Shown here: positions 39,392-48,109 of the stretch, piece by piece
Layout of the letters: each line of letters starts with the position of its first letter
Numbering within the stretch: the stretch's first letter is position 1
The notes under the pieces: generated by a model
What the model was told of the DNA's origin: nothing
Databases searched by the model: none
The model's input: only the letters and a program-made list of their open reading frames with translations
Assembly (NCBI GenBank): GCA_902564345.1
Contig: CACFAY010000002.1
Location: forward strand, 7,858 to 71,857
DNA length: 64,000 nucleotides
Direction: 5' to 3'
Source: an uncultured SAR324 cluster bacterium
GTDB taxonomy: Bacteria; SAR324; NAC60-12
Program-made: the position numbers and the translations under genes

Positions 39392-40126
39392 TCAATTATT
39401 TACCCAGAATGCCTGCTTCAAATCTGTAAACTCTGAAGATGGTCCTTCAAATTTATTGCGACCTAATTCGAGAACATAAACGTAATCTGCTATTTTAAGA
39501 GCCTGTCGAATTTCCTGATCGACTATTAAAATACTTAGATTTTCTTTACTCGTAAGCATCGTAAGCATTTCGTAGACTTCTTCTGCTAACATTTTAGAAA
39601 GACCTGCTGTAGGTTCATCTATAAGCAAAACTTTCGGTTCAACCATTAAGGTTCTACTAATCTCAACCATACGTTGTTGTCCACCTGAAAGTTCACCTGT
39701 AATTTGCTTTCGTTTTTCTTTGAGAATAGGGAATCTATTATAATTAGCTTCTATCTTTTCTTTTACCATTTTCTTATCATTACGAAATGTCCATCCCCCC
39801 AGTTCAAGGTTTTCTTCAACTGTCATATCTTTAAACACTCCAGGTTGCTGAGGGATGTAAGCCATACCTTTCAAAATAAGTTTATGTGCTGGAATATGCA
39901 GAACACTTGAACCCTCCAGCAAAATATCTCCTGAATTAGGTTTTAGAAAACCAAAAATTGCTTTCAGGGCTGTTGATTTTCCTACTCCATTTGCACCTAG
40001 GATAGTTGTGATTTGATTGTAACGAACCTTTATGTTGACGTCCTGTATTATATTCAAATCCTTGTAGTAACCTACATACAGATTCTTAATTTCTAAAACA
40101 ACTGGTGTATCTTTTTTCTCTGTCAT
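39392..40126 (-). CDS. livF: HAAT-family (Liv-type) ABC transporter ATP-binding protein, LivF-like
   Basis: GANGVGKST, LSGGQQRMVEISR and LLIDEPTAGL. Confidence 0.85.
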   Translation of the reverse strand: MTEKKDTPVVLEIKNLYVGYYKDLNIIQDVNIKVRYNQITTILGANGVGKSTALKAIFGFLKPNSGDILLEGSSVLHIPAHKLILKGMAYIPQQPGVFKDMTVEENLELGGWTFRNDKKMVKEKIEANYNRFPILKEKRKQITGELSGGQQRMVEISRTLMVEPKVLLIDEPTAGLSKMLAEEVYEMLTMLTSKENLSILIVDQEIRQALKIADYVYVLELGRNKFEGPSSEFTDLKQAFWVNN

Positions 40127-40129
40127 AAA

Positions 40130-40921
40130 TTATGTAGAATTTTGTTTTATATCATTAGTTGACTTAGAATCTTCATCATCATCTTTTCCAAGATATGCGT
40201 CAACTACGACTGGGTCATGCTTAACATCTTCAGGTTCTCCATCAGCTATCAAGTCGCCATAATTCAAAACTAGAAGTCTTTTACAAAGCGAAAAAATAGA
40301 GTCCATTTGGTGACTGATAAGAACTATGGCTTTGCCTTCTGCATTCACTTTACGAATGTATTCGTAAATGATTTCCATTAGTTTTGGGTGAACTCCAGCA
40401 AATGGTTCGTCTAAAATAATGATATCAGGATCAAGCATTAGTAGTCTCCCCAATTCTAAGAGCTTTTGTTGTCCACCTGATAATGCTTGGGCATATTCAT
40501 TACGCAAGTGATCCATAGTCAGAAAATCTAAAACTTCCAACGCTCTTCTCATCACCTCTGATTTGTCTACAGCCACATGTTTTGCGAGGGCTGGAACATA
40601 CAGATTTTCCAAAACGGTCATCCTCCTAAAAGAGCGTGTAACTTGAAAAGTTCTTCCCAAACCAACTTTAGCAACCTCGAATGGAGGCAATTGATCAATT
40701 CTTTGACCATTTAAATAAACGGTCCCACTGCTAGGTTTGATTGCCCCATCAAGGATGTTAGTTAAGGTAGTTTTTCCCGCACCATTTGGCCCTATAAGCC
40801 CTACAAGTTCAGGCCCTTTTATGCCAAAGGTAAGATTTTTAAGCACATGCAATCCACCGAATTTTTTATTCAAATTTTTAACCTCTAGTTCTAACATACT
40901 TTTTTTCTGATTATTCAACAT
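40130..40921 (-). CDS. livG: HAAT-family ABC transporter ATP-binding protein, LivG-like
   Basis: GPNGAGKTT, LSGGQQKLLELGR and IILDEPFAG. The start is placed at the internal ATG (MLNNQKK...). The track start at 40990 would overlap the upstream permease by 80 nt. 40897 is another possible start. Confidence 0.8.
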   Translation of the reverse strand: MLNNQKKSMLELEVKNLNKKFGGLHVLKNLTFGIKGPELVGLIGPNGAGKTTLTNILDGAIKPSSGTVYLNGQRIDQLPPFEVAKVGLGRTFQVTRSFRRMTVLENLYVPALAKHVAVDKSEVMRRALEVLDFLTMDHLRNEYAQALSGGQQKLLELGRLLMLDPDIIILDEPFAGVHPKLMEIIYEYIRKVNAEGKAIVLISHQMDSIFSLCKRLLVLNYGDLIADGEPEDVKHDPVVVDAYLGKDDDEDSKSTNDIKQNST

Positions 40922-42119
40922 CTTCTGTTTTTTGAAAGCCTCTTTTCTCAACAGTTTCTGAGGCAACATGAGCTCGAGTAAAAAACTCAATTATTGGTGT
41001 GATAAGTCCGTTTCTATAAAAACGTAATGTGATCATAAGAACAGCTCCAAAAAATACTAGTCTCCAAAGAGTCATATCCACTTCTACCCCACCGATCACA
41101 AAACTCTCCCTCAATAATTCAAGCAGGAATTGAATTATAATCGCACCAATAGCGGCCGCGGCAAAATTTTCTAATCCCCCAATGACGGCCATAGCCACAA
41201 CCAAACTCATTTGCAAAATCATCAGATTATTTGGAGTAATAATTCCAATATAATGTGCCTGTACAGCCCCAGCTAAGGCTGCCATCGTAGAAGTAATAAC
41301 AAACACCATTATTTTGAACCTAACTGTATTTACTCCTAGTGCAGCTGCTGCATCTTCGTCCTCTCGAAGTGCTCGAACAAAAAGACCAAACCTAGACTTA
41401 GCTAACCATGCCAAAACAGCCATGCATGCAAGCAGCAAAAATAACATTACGTAATACGGAGGGATTTTATCTGTCTTACTGAATTCATGACCAAATATGG
41501 ATATACCGTTTTCAAAGAGGTATGGCAATTCAATACCGGCTTGTCCCCTCGTGATCTTAATTTCTGCACTGATGGTAGCCCGTAGAATCTCTGAAAAACC
41601 AAGTGTAAAAAGCGCTAGATAAGCCGCCCTTAATCTTAAAACAAGCATTCCTATCAACAAACCAAATATACCACCAAGTAGAGCTCCCAAAATAATTCCA
41701 ATCCAAATGGGCATTGGCGTAATCTGGATACTACCATCCCAAACTGCTAACGCTTTTGTGAGGCAATCCTGATCAAGAGTACTTGAAGTTACACCAACTG
41801 CATTCTTGATGATGAAATACTGATCGCCAATTTCAAATTCAGTACATAAATTGGTAGGTACAGGAGAAAGATAAAAATAATGACTAAAAAGAGCAGTCCC
41901 ATATGCTCCAAGCCCCATGAAAGCCATGTGTCCAAAAGAAAATTGTCCTGCATAACCAGCCAGCATGGACCAGCTTGAAGCCAAAATGGCATAAAAGAAT
42001 CCTGTGATACAAACATGCATGATGTAATCATAATCTTTTCTTCCATATAAGAAGGGAAATGCTATGAAAAAAACAATTATCAGAATACTGATAAGCCAAA
42101 GAGTCTGCTGTCGATTCAT
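40911..42119 (-). CDS. livM: HAAT-family ABC transporter permease, LivM-like
   Basis: 402 aa polytopic protein. GYAGQFSFGHMAFMGLGAY motif. 4-nt overlap with the upstream permease. Confidence 0.85.
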   Translation of the reverse strand: MNRQQTLWLISILIIVFFIAFPFLYGRKDYDYIMHVCITGFFYAILASSWSMLAGYAGQFSFGHMAFMGLGAYGTALFSHYFYLSPVPTNLCTEFEIGDQYFIIKNAVGVTSSTLDQDCLTKALAVWDGSIQITPMPIWIGIILGALLGGIFGLLIGMLVLRLRAAYLALFTLGFSEILRATISAEIKITRGQAGIELPYLFENGISIFGHEFSKTDKIPPYYVMLFLLLACMAVLAWLAKSRFGLFVRALREDEDAAAALGVNTVRFKIMVFVITSTMAALAGAVQAHYIGIITPNNLMILQMSLVVAMAVIGGLENFAAAAIGAIIIQFLLELLRESFVIGGVEVDMTLWRLVFFGAVLMITLRFYRNGLITPIIEFFTRAHVASETVEKRGFQKTEDVE

Positions 42120-43384
42120 AATTTACCGTGTGTTCCACTCGCGAACCTACGCCCTAGCAAACCCGTGGGTCTAAGCAAAAGCATGAGCGTGAGTACTATC
42201 ATTCCGTAAGCAGGTATATAGGAAGACGCTTTTTGAGGATCCGGGACACAGCCAGTTCCTGCCGCCTCTACTAGTCCAATGATTATTCCACCAATAAAAG
42301 CTCCAGGAAGAGATCCTAAACCTCCTAAAACAACAATTACAAATGAACGCATAGCCGGAATCATACCTACCTGTGGAAGCCATGAAAAAGCTTGAACCAA
42401 AGTTGCTCCTGATAGAGCAGCTATCATTCCACCCAATGCAAAGGCTAACATGTTCATATGATGTGGGTTTATACCAGCTATGGTCGCTGCATCTCTATCT
42501 TGACTTACTGCTCGTAACGCCTTACCTGTCCATGTTCTATAGAGAAAATACAAAAGACCTAGTAAGACCAAAATTGAAATAACTGATGCAACAAAACGTG
42601 GATTTGAAATAGAAACAGTATCGAATAGCTCCATATTCCCACGGCTTGTTTTGATCAGCCAAGGATCTTCTTTATCAGGTAGTCTAATTCTAGGAAAATC
42701 AAAAAATCGTTTGGCTTTAACTGGGTTAGATCCGCCAATAGCCTGAACAAAATATTGCAATGTAAAAGCAAGTCCAAATGTAATAAGAATTCCATATTCT
42801 ACAGGACGATCAATTCTGCCATCATAAAGGGGAGTAAGGAATAACCTTTCAAAAATTGCTCCTAACAAGAATGTAAGCAGACAGGCAATCAGCACTCCAA
42901 TTACAGGGTGCAATCCAGGAAACCACACAACTGTTGAGTAATAAACTATCATGCCACCAATCATATAAAACTCACCATGAGAGAAGCTGACAATACCCAA
43001 AATTGAAAAAATTAGCGTCAATCCAAGAGCCATTAAACCATAAATAATGCCGATGATAAGACCATTTGTAATTTGGGAGGCAACAAAAGATCCATTTGAA
43101 ACACAGTTATTTTCAGGATCAGCCAGTGCGAAGGCTAACATAATTATTCCAAGGGCAACAAACCCGGGAATGAGGATCAATTTTCTGCTTATTTCAGGAG
43201 TTTTAATCCACATAGGGACCAATCCTATTGGTCCAAATGCAGCTCCAACCATTGCACCAACTAGGATCGAGTTAGATGTGTCAAGATCTTTTCGTAAATA
43301 AACTCGGCGTGTAAAGATACTGCCAACAACTCCCCAAAAAATCAACCAGAGTGCCGTCCACCAAAATATGGCAGAATATTCCAT
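42116..43384 (-). CDS. livH: HAAT-family ABC transporter permease, LivH-like, with ~100-aa N-terminal membrane extension
   Basis: The canonical LivH core starts near QITNGLIIGIIYGLMALGLTLIF. It is preceded by about 100 aa containing 2-3 extra hydrophobic helices. Confidence 0.8.
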   Translation of the reverse strand: MEYSAIFWWTALWLIFWGVVGSIFTRRVYLRKDLDTSNSILVGAMVGAAFGPIGLVPMWIKTPEISRKLILIPGFVALGIIMLAFALADPENNCVSNGSFVASQITNGLIIGIIYGLMALGLTLIFSILGIVSFSHGEFYMIGGMIVYYSTVVWFPGLHPVIGVLIACLLTFLLGAIFERLFLTPLYDGRIDRPVEYGILITFGLAFTLQYFVQAIGGSNPVKAKRFFDFPRIRLPDKEDPWLIKTSRGNMELFDTVSISNPRFVASVISILVLLGLLYFLYRTWTGKALRAVSQDRDAATIAGINPHHMNMLAFALGGMIAALSGATLVQAFSWLPQVGMIPAMRSFVIVVLGGLGSLPGAFIGGIIIGLVEAAGTGCVPDPQKASSYIPAYGMIVLTLMLLLRPTGLLGRRFASGTHGKL

Positions 43385-43495
43385 ACAGTAGCTATTATTA
43401 CAGATTGATTATTATAATACGTATGCTTAATTGATTTGGATATCGCAAGCTCTTCCCATAAAGGCTGAAGCTTTGAGCACTAAAGGGGCTCCTCA

Positions 43496-43530
43496 AACAT
43501 TCCCACGCATGCGCGGGAATGTTTTTTTAT
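43496..43530. terminator. GC-rich stem-loop AACATTCCC-N10-GGGAATGTT followed (on +) by a T-run; intercistronic between the SBP gene and the first permease gene
   Basis: Perfect 9-bp arms at 43496-43504 and 43515-43523, with the inner CGCATGCG also self-complementary. TTTTTTT follows on the + strand and an A-run precedes it on the transcribed (-) strand. Confidence 0.4.
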
Positions 43531-43552
43531 TTATTAGTTTAAATAAAGAGGA

Positions 43553-44794
43553 TTAATCCACATAAATTGGATCTCCTGTTTTATAAACTTCAGGATACAC
43601 AATGGTCATTGTATTGGAAGGCTCACCTTCTTTCTGGTATTGAACCATGGTGATTGCTGGGTCTGGCCATTGATGCCACCATTCTGAGCCCTTACCGTCT
43701 TCGCTAGGAGATTTTTTTGAACCATATGGAAAATAGATTCTACCCAAAACTCCATCATGAGAAATGTTCTCAAGAGCAGTTACAATGGCATCTCCATCAG
43801 TCGAGCCTGCTTCGTTTATTGCTTGAGCAATAACTCCGATAGAGTCATAGGCTTCCAAAGCGTAACTTTCAATTCCATCCTTACCAGTATTAGCTTTGTA
43901 ATCTGCAGCGAGTTTCAAAGCGCTTTCATTGTACATGGTCTCTGGAACTCCTATTCGAGCCATAAAAGCTAAATTGCCATCAGGAACGTTCTCCCACCAA
44001 GCCTTACTTTCAAGTCCAGCCTGGTTTGCATGAAACATTATATCCTGCGGACCAATGCCAGCATCTGCAGCCTGCTGGGTATAATTATAACCTGCTTCTC
44101 CTGTCAACAAAACAATTGTGTAGTCCGGCCTCTCAGCCTTAACTCTCTCAACAATACCAGCAAAATCCTGTGTCCCAATATCAACACCAAATGTAACCGA
44201 TGAGATTCCTTTTGAACTCAATCCCTTTGCACATTCTTCAGCTGCGGGGATACCATAGTCTGTATTTTCTGTGACAATTACAACTGATTTTACCCCTGGA
44301 GCTTGAGCAGCAAACTTCCATATTACTCCTGAAGCCCATGAACTTAAAGGTGCAATCCTGAAAATATACTTCTGCATGTCCCCAGTGATAGTATCATTCC
44401 ATGTTTCAGCAAAAACAACCGGAATACCTCTTGAATTTGCAACATCTTTTGAAGCAACTCCAACAGAACTATGATAACCACCTCCAACGGCAACTACACC
44501 ATCTTGAGTGATAAGCTTCTGCATCATTGCTGCAGCTTTTTCCGGAAGACCTTCTGTATCGGTAATGACAACATCGATATCACAACCCAGAACACCCCCT
44601 TTTGCATTTATATCTCGCTCAGCAAGAAGCATGGCCTCTCGCATAGCTTCTCCGCCAGTCACTGAGCCTGGAGCCGAAAGCGGAGCCAATCCACCAATTT
44701 TAATCGGACAATTAGCAGCATAAGCCTGGATTGATACAAAAATAACCAGGATGGTGATTAAAATTCTGGGAATATTAATTTTTATTTTACCCAT
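43553..44794 (-). CDS. HAAT-family periplasmic substrate-binding protein (LivK/LivJ fold)
   Basis: 413 aa with a signal peptide (...IQAYA/AN). IKIGGLAPLSAPGSVTGGEAMREAMLLAERDINAKGGVLG and VVAVGGGYHSSVG are typical of type-I PBPs of the Liv family. Confidence 0.85.
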   Translation of the reverse strand: MGKIKINIPRILITILVIFVSIQAYAANCPIKIGGLAPLSAPGSVTGGEAMREAMLLAERDINAKGGVLGCDIDVVITDTEGLPEKAAAMMQKLITQDGVVAVGGGYHSSVGVASKDVANSRGIPVVFAETWNDTITGDMQKYIFRIAPLSSWASGVIWKFAAQAPGVKSVVIVTENTDYGIPAAEECAKGLSSKGISSVTFGVDIGTQDFAGIVERVKAERPDYTIVLLTGEAGYNYTQQAADAGIGPQDIMFHANQAGLESKAWWENVPDGNLAFMARIGVPETMYNESALKLAADYKANTGKDGIESYALEAYDSIGVIAQAINEAGSTDGDAIVTALENISHDGVLGRIYFPYGSKKSPSEDGKGSEWWHQWPDPAITMVQYQKEGEPSNTMTIVYPEVYKTGDPIYVD

Positions 44795-45212
44795 ATTTCT
44801 CCTTTTTAAGGAATTTTACAGAATTAGAATCAACTTCTTTCGAAAAATAAGAAACTAAGAAAATGACTCCGCTAATGTACCTAAAGGTACCCCAAAAGAG
44901 CCCAAAAAAACTATGAACTCAATAAAACCTCTTTTGAGGAAGCTCAATTAAAGGTTTTTGTCAAACGAAGCTAACATTGATTTATGTTCTTGGCAAGCAT
45001 AAATATGAATAAGTATCATTGAATAACAACCATGAAACGATCTCAAATGAATTGAACGTAAATAACCGGTAATATTTAATCCTTATTTTAGATAATGTAG
45101 GCTATTATTCTACATTCATAAAATTGATTAAATTTAAAGTATTTTTAATAAGTTTAACTGCTTTGCAATCTAAAGAATTAGAGCCAGATTAGTCCAAATA
45201 TGTTAGATCAAT

Positions 45213-46925
45213 TTAAGTAGAAGTTATTGACAAGATTTCCTCAACCGTGGTTAAACCATAAAGAATTTTGTTAACGCCATCTCTGCGAAGAGAAACCATG
45301 TTTTCTTTAAGGCACTGTTTTTTAACTGAAGCATCATCACTTTTTTCTAAAATCGTTTTTTTAATTTCCTCACTCATTACCAACAATTCATGAACACCAA
45401 TTCGTCCTCGATATCCAGTATTGCGGCATTTTTCGCACCCTTCACCTCTAAAGAATTTTTTATTGATCTTTCGAAAGCTTTGGGTGTTAATCCCTAGTTC
45501 CCTTAGTTGTTCAGGATGAGGTTCATAACTTATTTTGCATTCTGTACAAATTCTGCGAACTAACCGCTGTGCAAGAACACCAATTATTGTTGAGGAAACA
45601 AGAAATGGTTCAATTCCCATGTCAATCAGGCGGGTGATCGTTGCAGGAGCACTGTTGGTGTGAACCGTACTGAAAACAAGATGTCCTGTCAAAGCAGACT
45701 GTATAGCTATTTGTGCAGTTTCTGGGTCACGCATCTCTCCAACCATAATAACATCTGGGTCCTGTCTCAACACTGATCTTAATGCGTTTGCGAAATTCAA
45801 TCCCAATTTTGGTTTAATTTCGATCTGACTGTAGCCAGGGAGTTTGTATTCAACTGGGTCTTCTATAGTAATAACATTATGTGACTCGTTGTCGATTTCA
45901 GCTAGAGATGCATAGAGTGTTGTGGTTTTTCCACTGCCTGTGGGACCAGTAACGAGAATTATTCCACCACTGCTGTGAACCATGTTTTCATATGGGTTTA
46001 GAATATATTTTGCTAGGCCCAGTTGGCGCAGACGCATTAAATTTTCGTCCTGATAAAGCAATCGCATGACTATTTTTTCGCCATGAACAGTTGGTGCTGT
46101 TGAAACTCTGATATCAATTTTTCTTCCTGCAATTACTACCATTGAGCGACCATCTTGTGGCAGTCCTTTTTGTGCGATATCAAGACGTGACATAACTTTA
46201 ACTCTGTTTACTACAGTCACATGTACCAGTCGGGGAAAAACAGTTACTTGCTGCAGAATTCCATCAATACGATATCTTACTATAGAATCTCTTGGCGTTG
46301 GATCTATGTGTACATCGCTAGCCTCACCTTTTGCAGCTTGCCAAAGAAGACTGTTTACTAAGCGTTTAATTGGTTCCTCATCAGTAGCATCCAATAAATC
46401 TTCAGGTTCCTCAACTGCCATTATATTTTCAAACGTTTCCTCAGAATCCAGCTGATCAACAGCTTCTTCAGTTGTTCCAGAAGATTCGTCATACGCACGA
46501 TTAATCAAATCCAAAACTGCTTGCTTATGAGAAAGTATTGGTTGAATGTGACACTTGAAATGTCTAGCAAGATCGTCCAAAGGCTGAGAAAGGGAGGGGT
46601 TTTCAATGGCAACTTCCAATGTATTTTTCTCTTTTTTAAGTGGAAAAAATATATTTTTTTTAGCATAACGAATTGGGATGAATTGAGTGAATTCCCTTAC
46701 AACCGGGGAATCATTAAAATTATCCCTGTATTCCAGCTCAAAATATGAGGCTAATGCCTGTTGAAATTTTTCTTCGCTTGTAACTTTATGTTTGATAAAT
46801 ACTTCTTTCAGTCCATCAGTATTTTCTCGGTAAGCAAGCATCTGTTCATGAAGGGATTCCAAGATATCAGGGGAGGTACCGTATCTTCTAACTAAAATTT
46901 CAACAACGGGGTGATAGTTGTCCAT
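45213..46925 (-). CDS. GspE/PilB-family type II secretion / type IV pilus assembly ATPase
   Basis: 570 aa with an N-terminal T2SSE_N-like domain. Walker A GPTGSGKTTT, LRQDPDVIMVGEMRD, TGHLVFSTVHTN and a tetracysteine cluster CTEC...CEKC. Confidence 0.9.
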   Translation of the reverse strand: MDNYHPVVEILVRRYGTSPDILESLHEQMLAYRENTDGLKEVFIKHKVTSEEKFQQALASYFELEYRDNFNDSPVVREFTQFIPIRYAKKNIFFPLKKEKNTLEVAIENPSLSQPLDDLARHFKCHIQPILSHKQAVLDLINRAYDESSGTTEEAVDQLDSEETFENIMAVEEPEDLLDATDEEPIKRLVNSLLWQAAKGEASDVHIDPTPRDSIVRYRIDGILQQVTVFPRLVHVTVVNRVKVMSRLDIAQKGLPQDGRSMVVIAGRKIDIRVSTAPTVHGEKIVMRLLYQDENLMRLRQLGLAKYILNPYENMVHSSGGIILVTGPTGSGKTTTLYASLAEIDNESHNVITIEDPVEYKLPGYSQIEIKPKLGLNFANALRSVLRQDPDVIMVGEMRDPETAQIAIQSALTGHLVFSTVHTNSAPATITRLIDMGIEPFLVSSTIIGVLAQRLVRRICTECKISYEPHPEQLRELGINTQSFRKINKKFFRGEGCEKCRNTGYRGRIGVHELLVMSEEIKKTILEKSDDASVKKQCLKENMVSLRRDGVNKILYGLTTVEEILSITST

Positions 46926-47032
46926 AAAATGCTCTAGCTTAGGATCAGTTTTGCAGTTTAAATATTAAAACTGATTCTCAGTTAATTGATGAGTTTTTGA
47001 AAAAACATGCCTTTGTTTAAAATAATTTTTTC

Positions 47033-48109
47033 TTAAATGGGATCTCTCATCATTAATCGATTTCGATAAAATATAATTACAGACAGAAACAATAGGAGCA
47101 GAATTATTACTGCAATACCTATATATTCAAAGGAATTTATTGGGATATTGATAATTTTTAATTCAAGTATATTAGAATCAGTAGCCTTAGCCTTCCACAC
47201 CAAAAAATCTATTTCTTGTATGTTTTGCTTTCCAGAAAAAATAAGCTGGGCAGATTTTATTTTCAATTGTCCTGAAGGAGTGAAGACACTCACTTTATCC
47301 AGTGAATGATTAAATTCCCTTTGGATTTGCAAACTCCCATATAAGGACTCTAGATTGTAATTAAAAATAATTTGTGTATTACCTGGTGGAAAAACACTTT
47401 TAATGATTAACATTCTATCATCAATTTGATGTTCAATATCAGGGCCAGAGTTACTTTGAATCATTTTAAAATTGTACAAACCCTTGGGAAGAGAATAATC
47501 TATTGAGTGGTCTCTTGTATCAATTCTGTCAGGTGATGAATTATAAAATGATATTACTTCTGTTAAAGTGACTGAGCTTAATCCAGATTCAATCACGAGT
47601 GACACCTGACTTATTTCAAGTTTGTTTATATCCGTGGATGATACTGGGATTTTAATATCTTTTTGATACTGATTCTTGCCGGCTTTGAAAAAGAAAACTT
47701 TTGTACTGTATAATTTACCAGCAACACGTGTCCCAAGCTGATATGCTGCCCGATAATCAGGATTCACTCTTAAAAACTGGAAATTACCCCTATTATCAGC
47801 TAGTACCCTGCCCTGTGGGCCTACTGGTGTTACCTGACCTTCTGCATTAAGTACTAATTTCAGCAAAACCACATTCAATCCTTCTTTTGGAACCAATTCC
47901 CCTGCCGGTAAAATAATTCTCCCTTTAACCGTAATTTCAGTTTGTGGAAGGTTTTCTGAAAAAACCTTATCAGAAGATCCTAAAGCAAAAAAAATATAAA
48001 TAGAGAAAAGGCATAAAAATATTTTGCTATAGGTTTTTCTCTTAACAAAAAAATATGAGGGAAAAACGATTTTGATAGTTTCCTTTATCATATTTAAAAA
48101 ATATCTCAT
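47033..48109 (-). CDS. Hypothetical bitopic protein: N-terminal signal/anchor, carboxypeptidase-regulatory-like beta-sandwich, beta-rich region, C-terminal TM anchor
   Basis: TVKGRIILPAGELVPKEGLNVVLLKL...ADNRGNFQFLRVNPDYRAAYQLG resembles CarboxypepD_reg-type domains. C-terminal helix IGIAVIILLLLFLSVIIFY. ATGA start/stop overlap with the upstream TPR gene. Confidence 0.5.
   Translation of the reverse strand: MRYFLNMIKETIKIVFPSYFFVKRKTYSKIFLCLFSIYIFFALGSSDKVFSENLPQTEITVKGRIILPAGELVPKEGLNVVLLKLVLNAEGQVTPVGPQGRVLADNRGNFQFLRVNPDYRAAYQLGTRVAGKLYSTKVFFFKAGKNQYQKDIKIPVSSTDINKLEISQVSLVIESGLSSVTLTEVISFYNSSPDRIDTRDHSIDYSLPKGLYNFKMIQSNSGPDIEHQIDDRMLIIKSVFPPGNTQIIFNYNLESLYGSLQIQREFNHSLDKVSVFTPSGQLKIKSAQLIFSGKQNIQEIDFLVWKAKATDSNILELKIINIPINSFEYIGIAVIILLLLFLSVIIFYRNRLMMRDPI

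Noticed and set aside
40922-40990. N-terminal 23 codons of the LivG-like ORF in the track (MSFLLELMLPQKLLRKEAFKKQK).
   Set aside because: This segment would overlap the 3' end of the upstream permease gene by 80 nt. An internal ATG gives a normal-length ATPase.
43496-43530. Reading the hairpin plus T-run as a classic intrinsic terminator on the + strand.
   Set aside because: No + strand gene runs into it, and both flanking genes are on the minus strand. I kept it as an intercistronic structure of uncertain role.
39392-44794. Interpretation of the five-gene ABC system as a urea transporter (UrtABCDE), because of gene sizes and the adjacent ureido-type amidase.
   Set aside because: The binding protein has the generic Liv-type N-terminal block (IKIGGLAPLSAPGSVTGG) rather than the UrtA-like pattern I recall. 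No urease or urea carboxylase genes are nearby. I kept it as generic HAAT family.
45213-46925. MshE-type c-di-GMP-binding (MshEN) motif in the N-terminus of the GspE-family ATPase.
   Set aside because: I could not find the paired RLGxx(L/V/I)(L/V/I)xxG...LxxxLxxQ motifs. Only generic T2SSE_N-like similarity is present.
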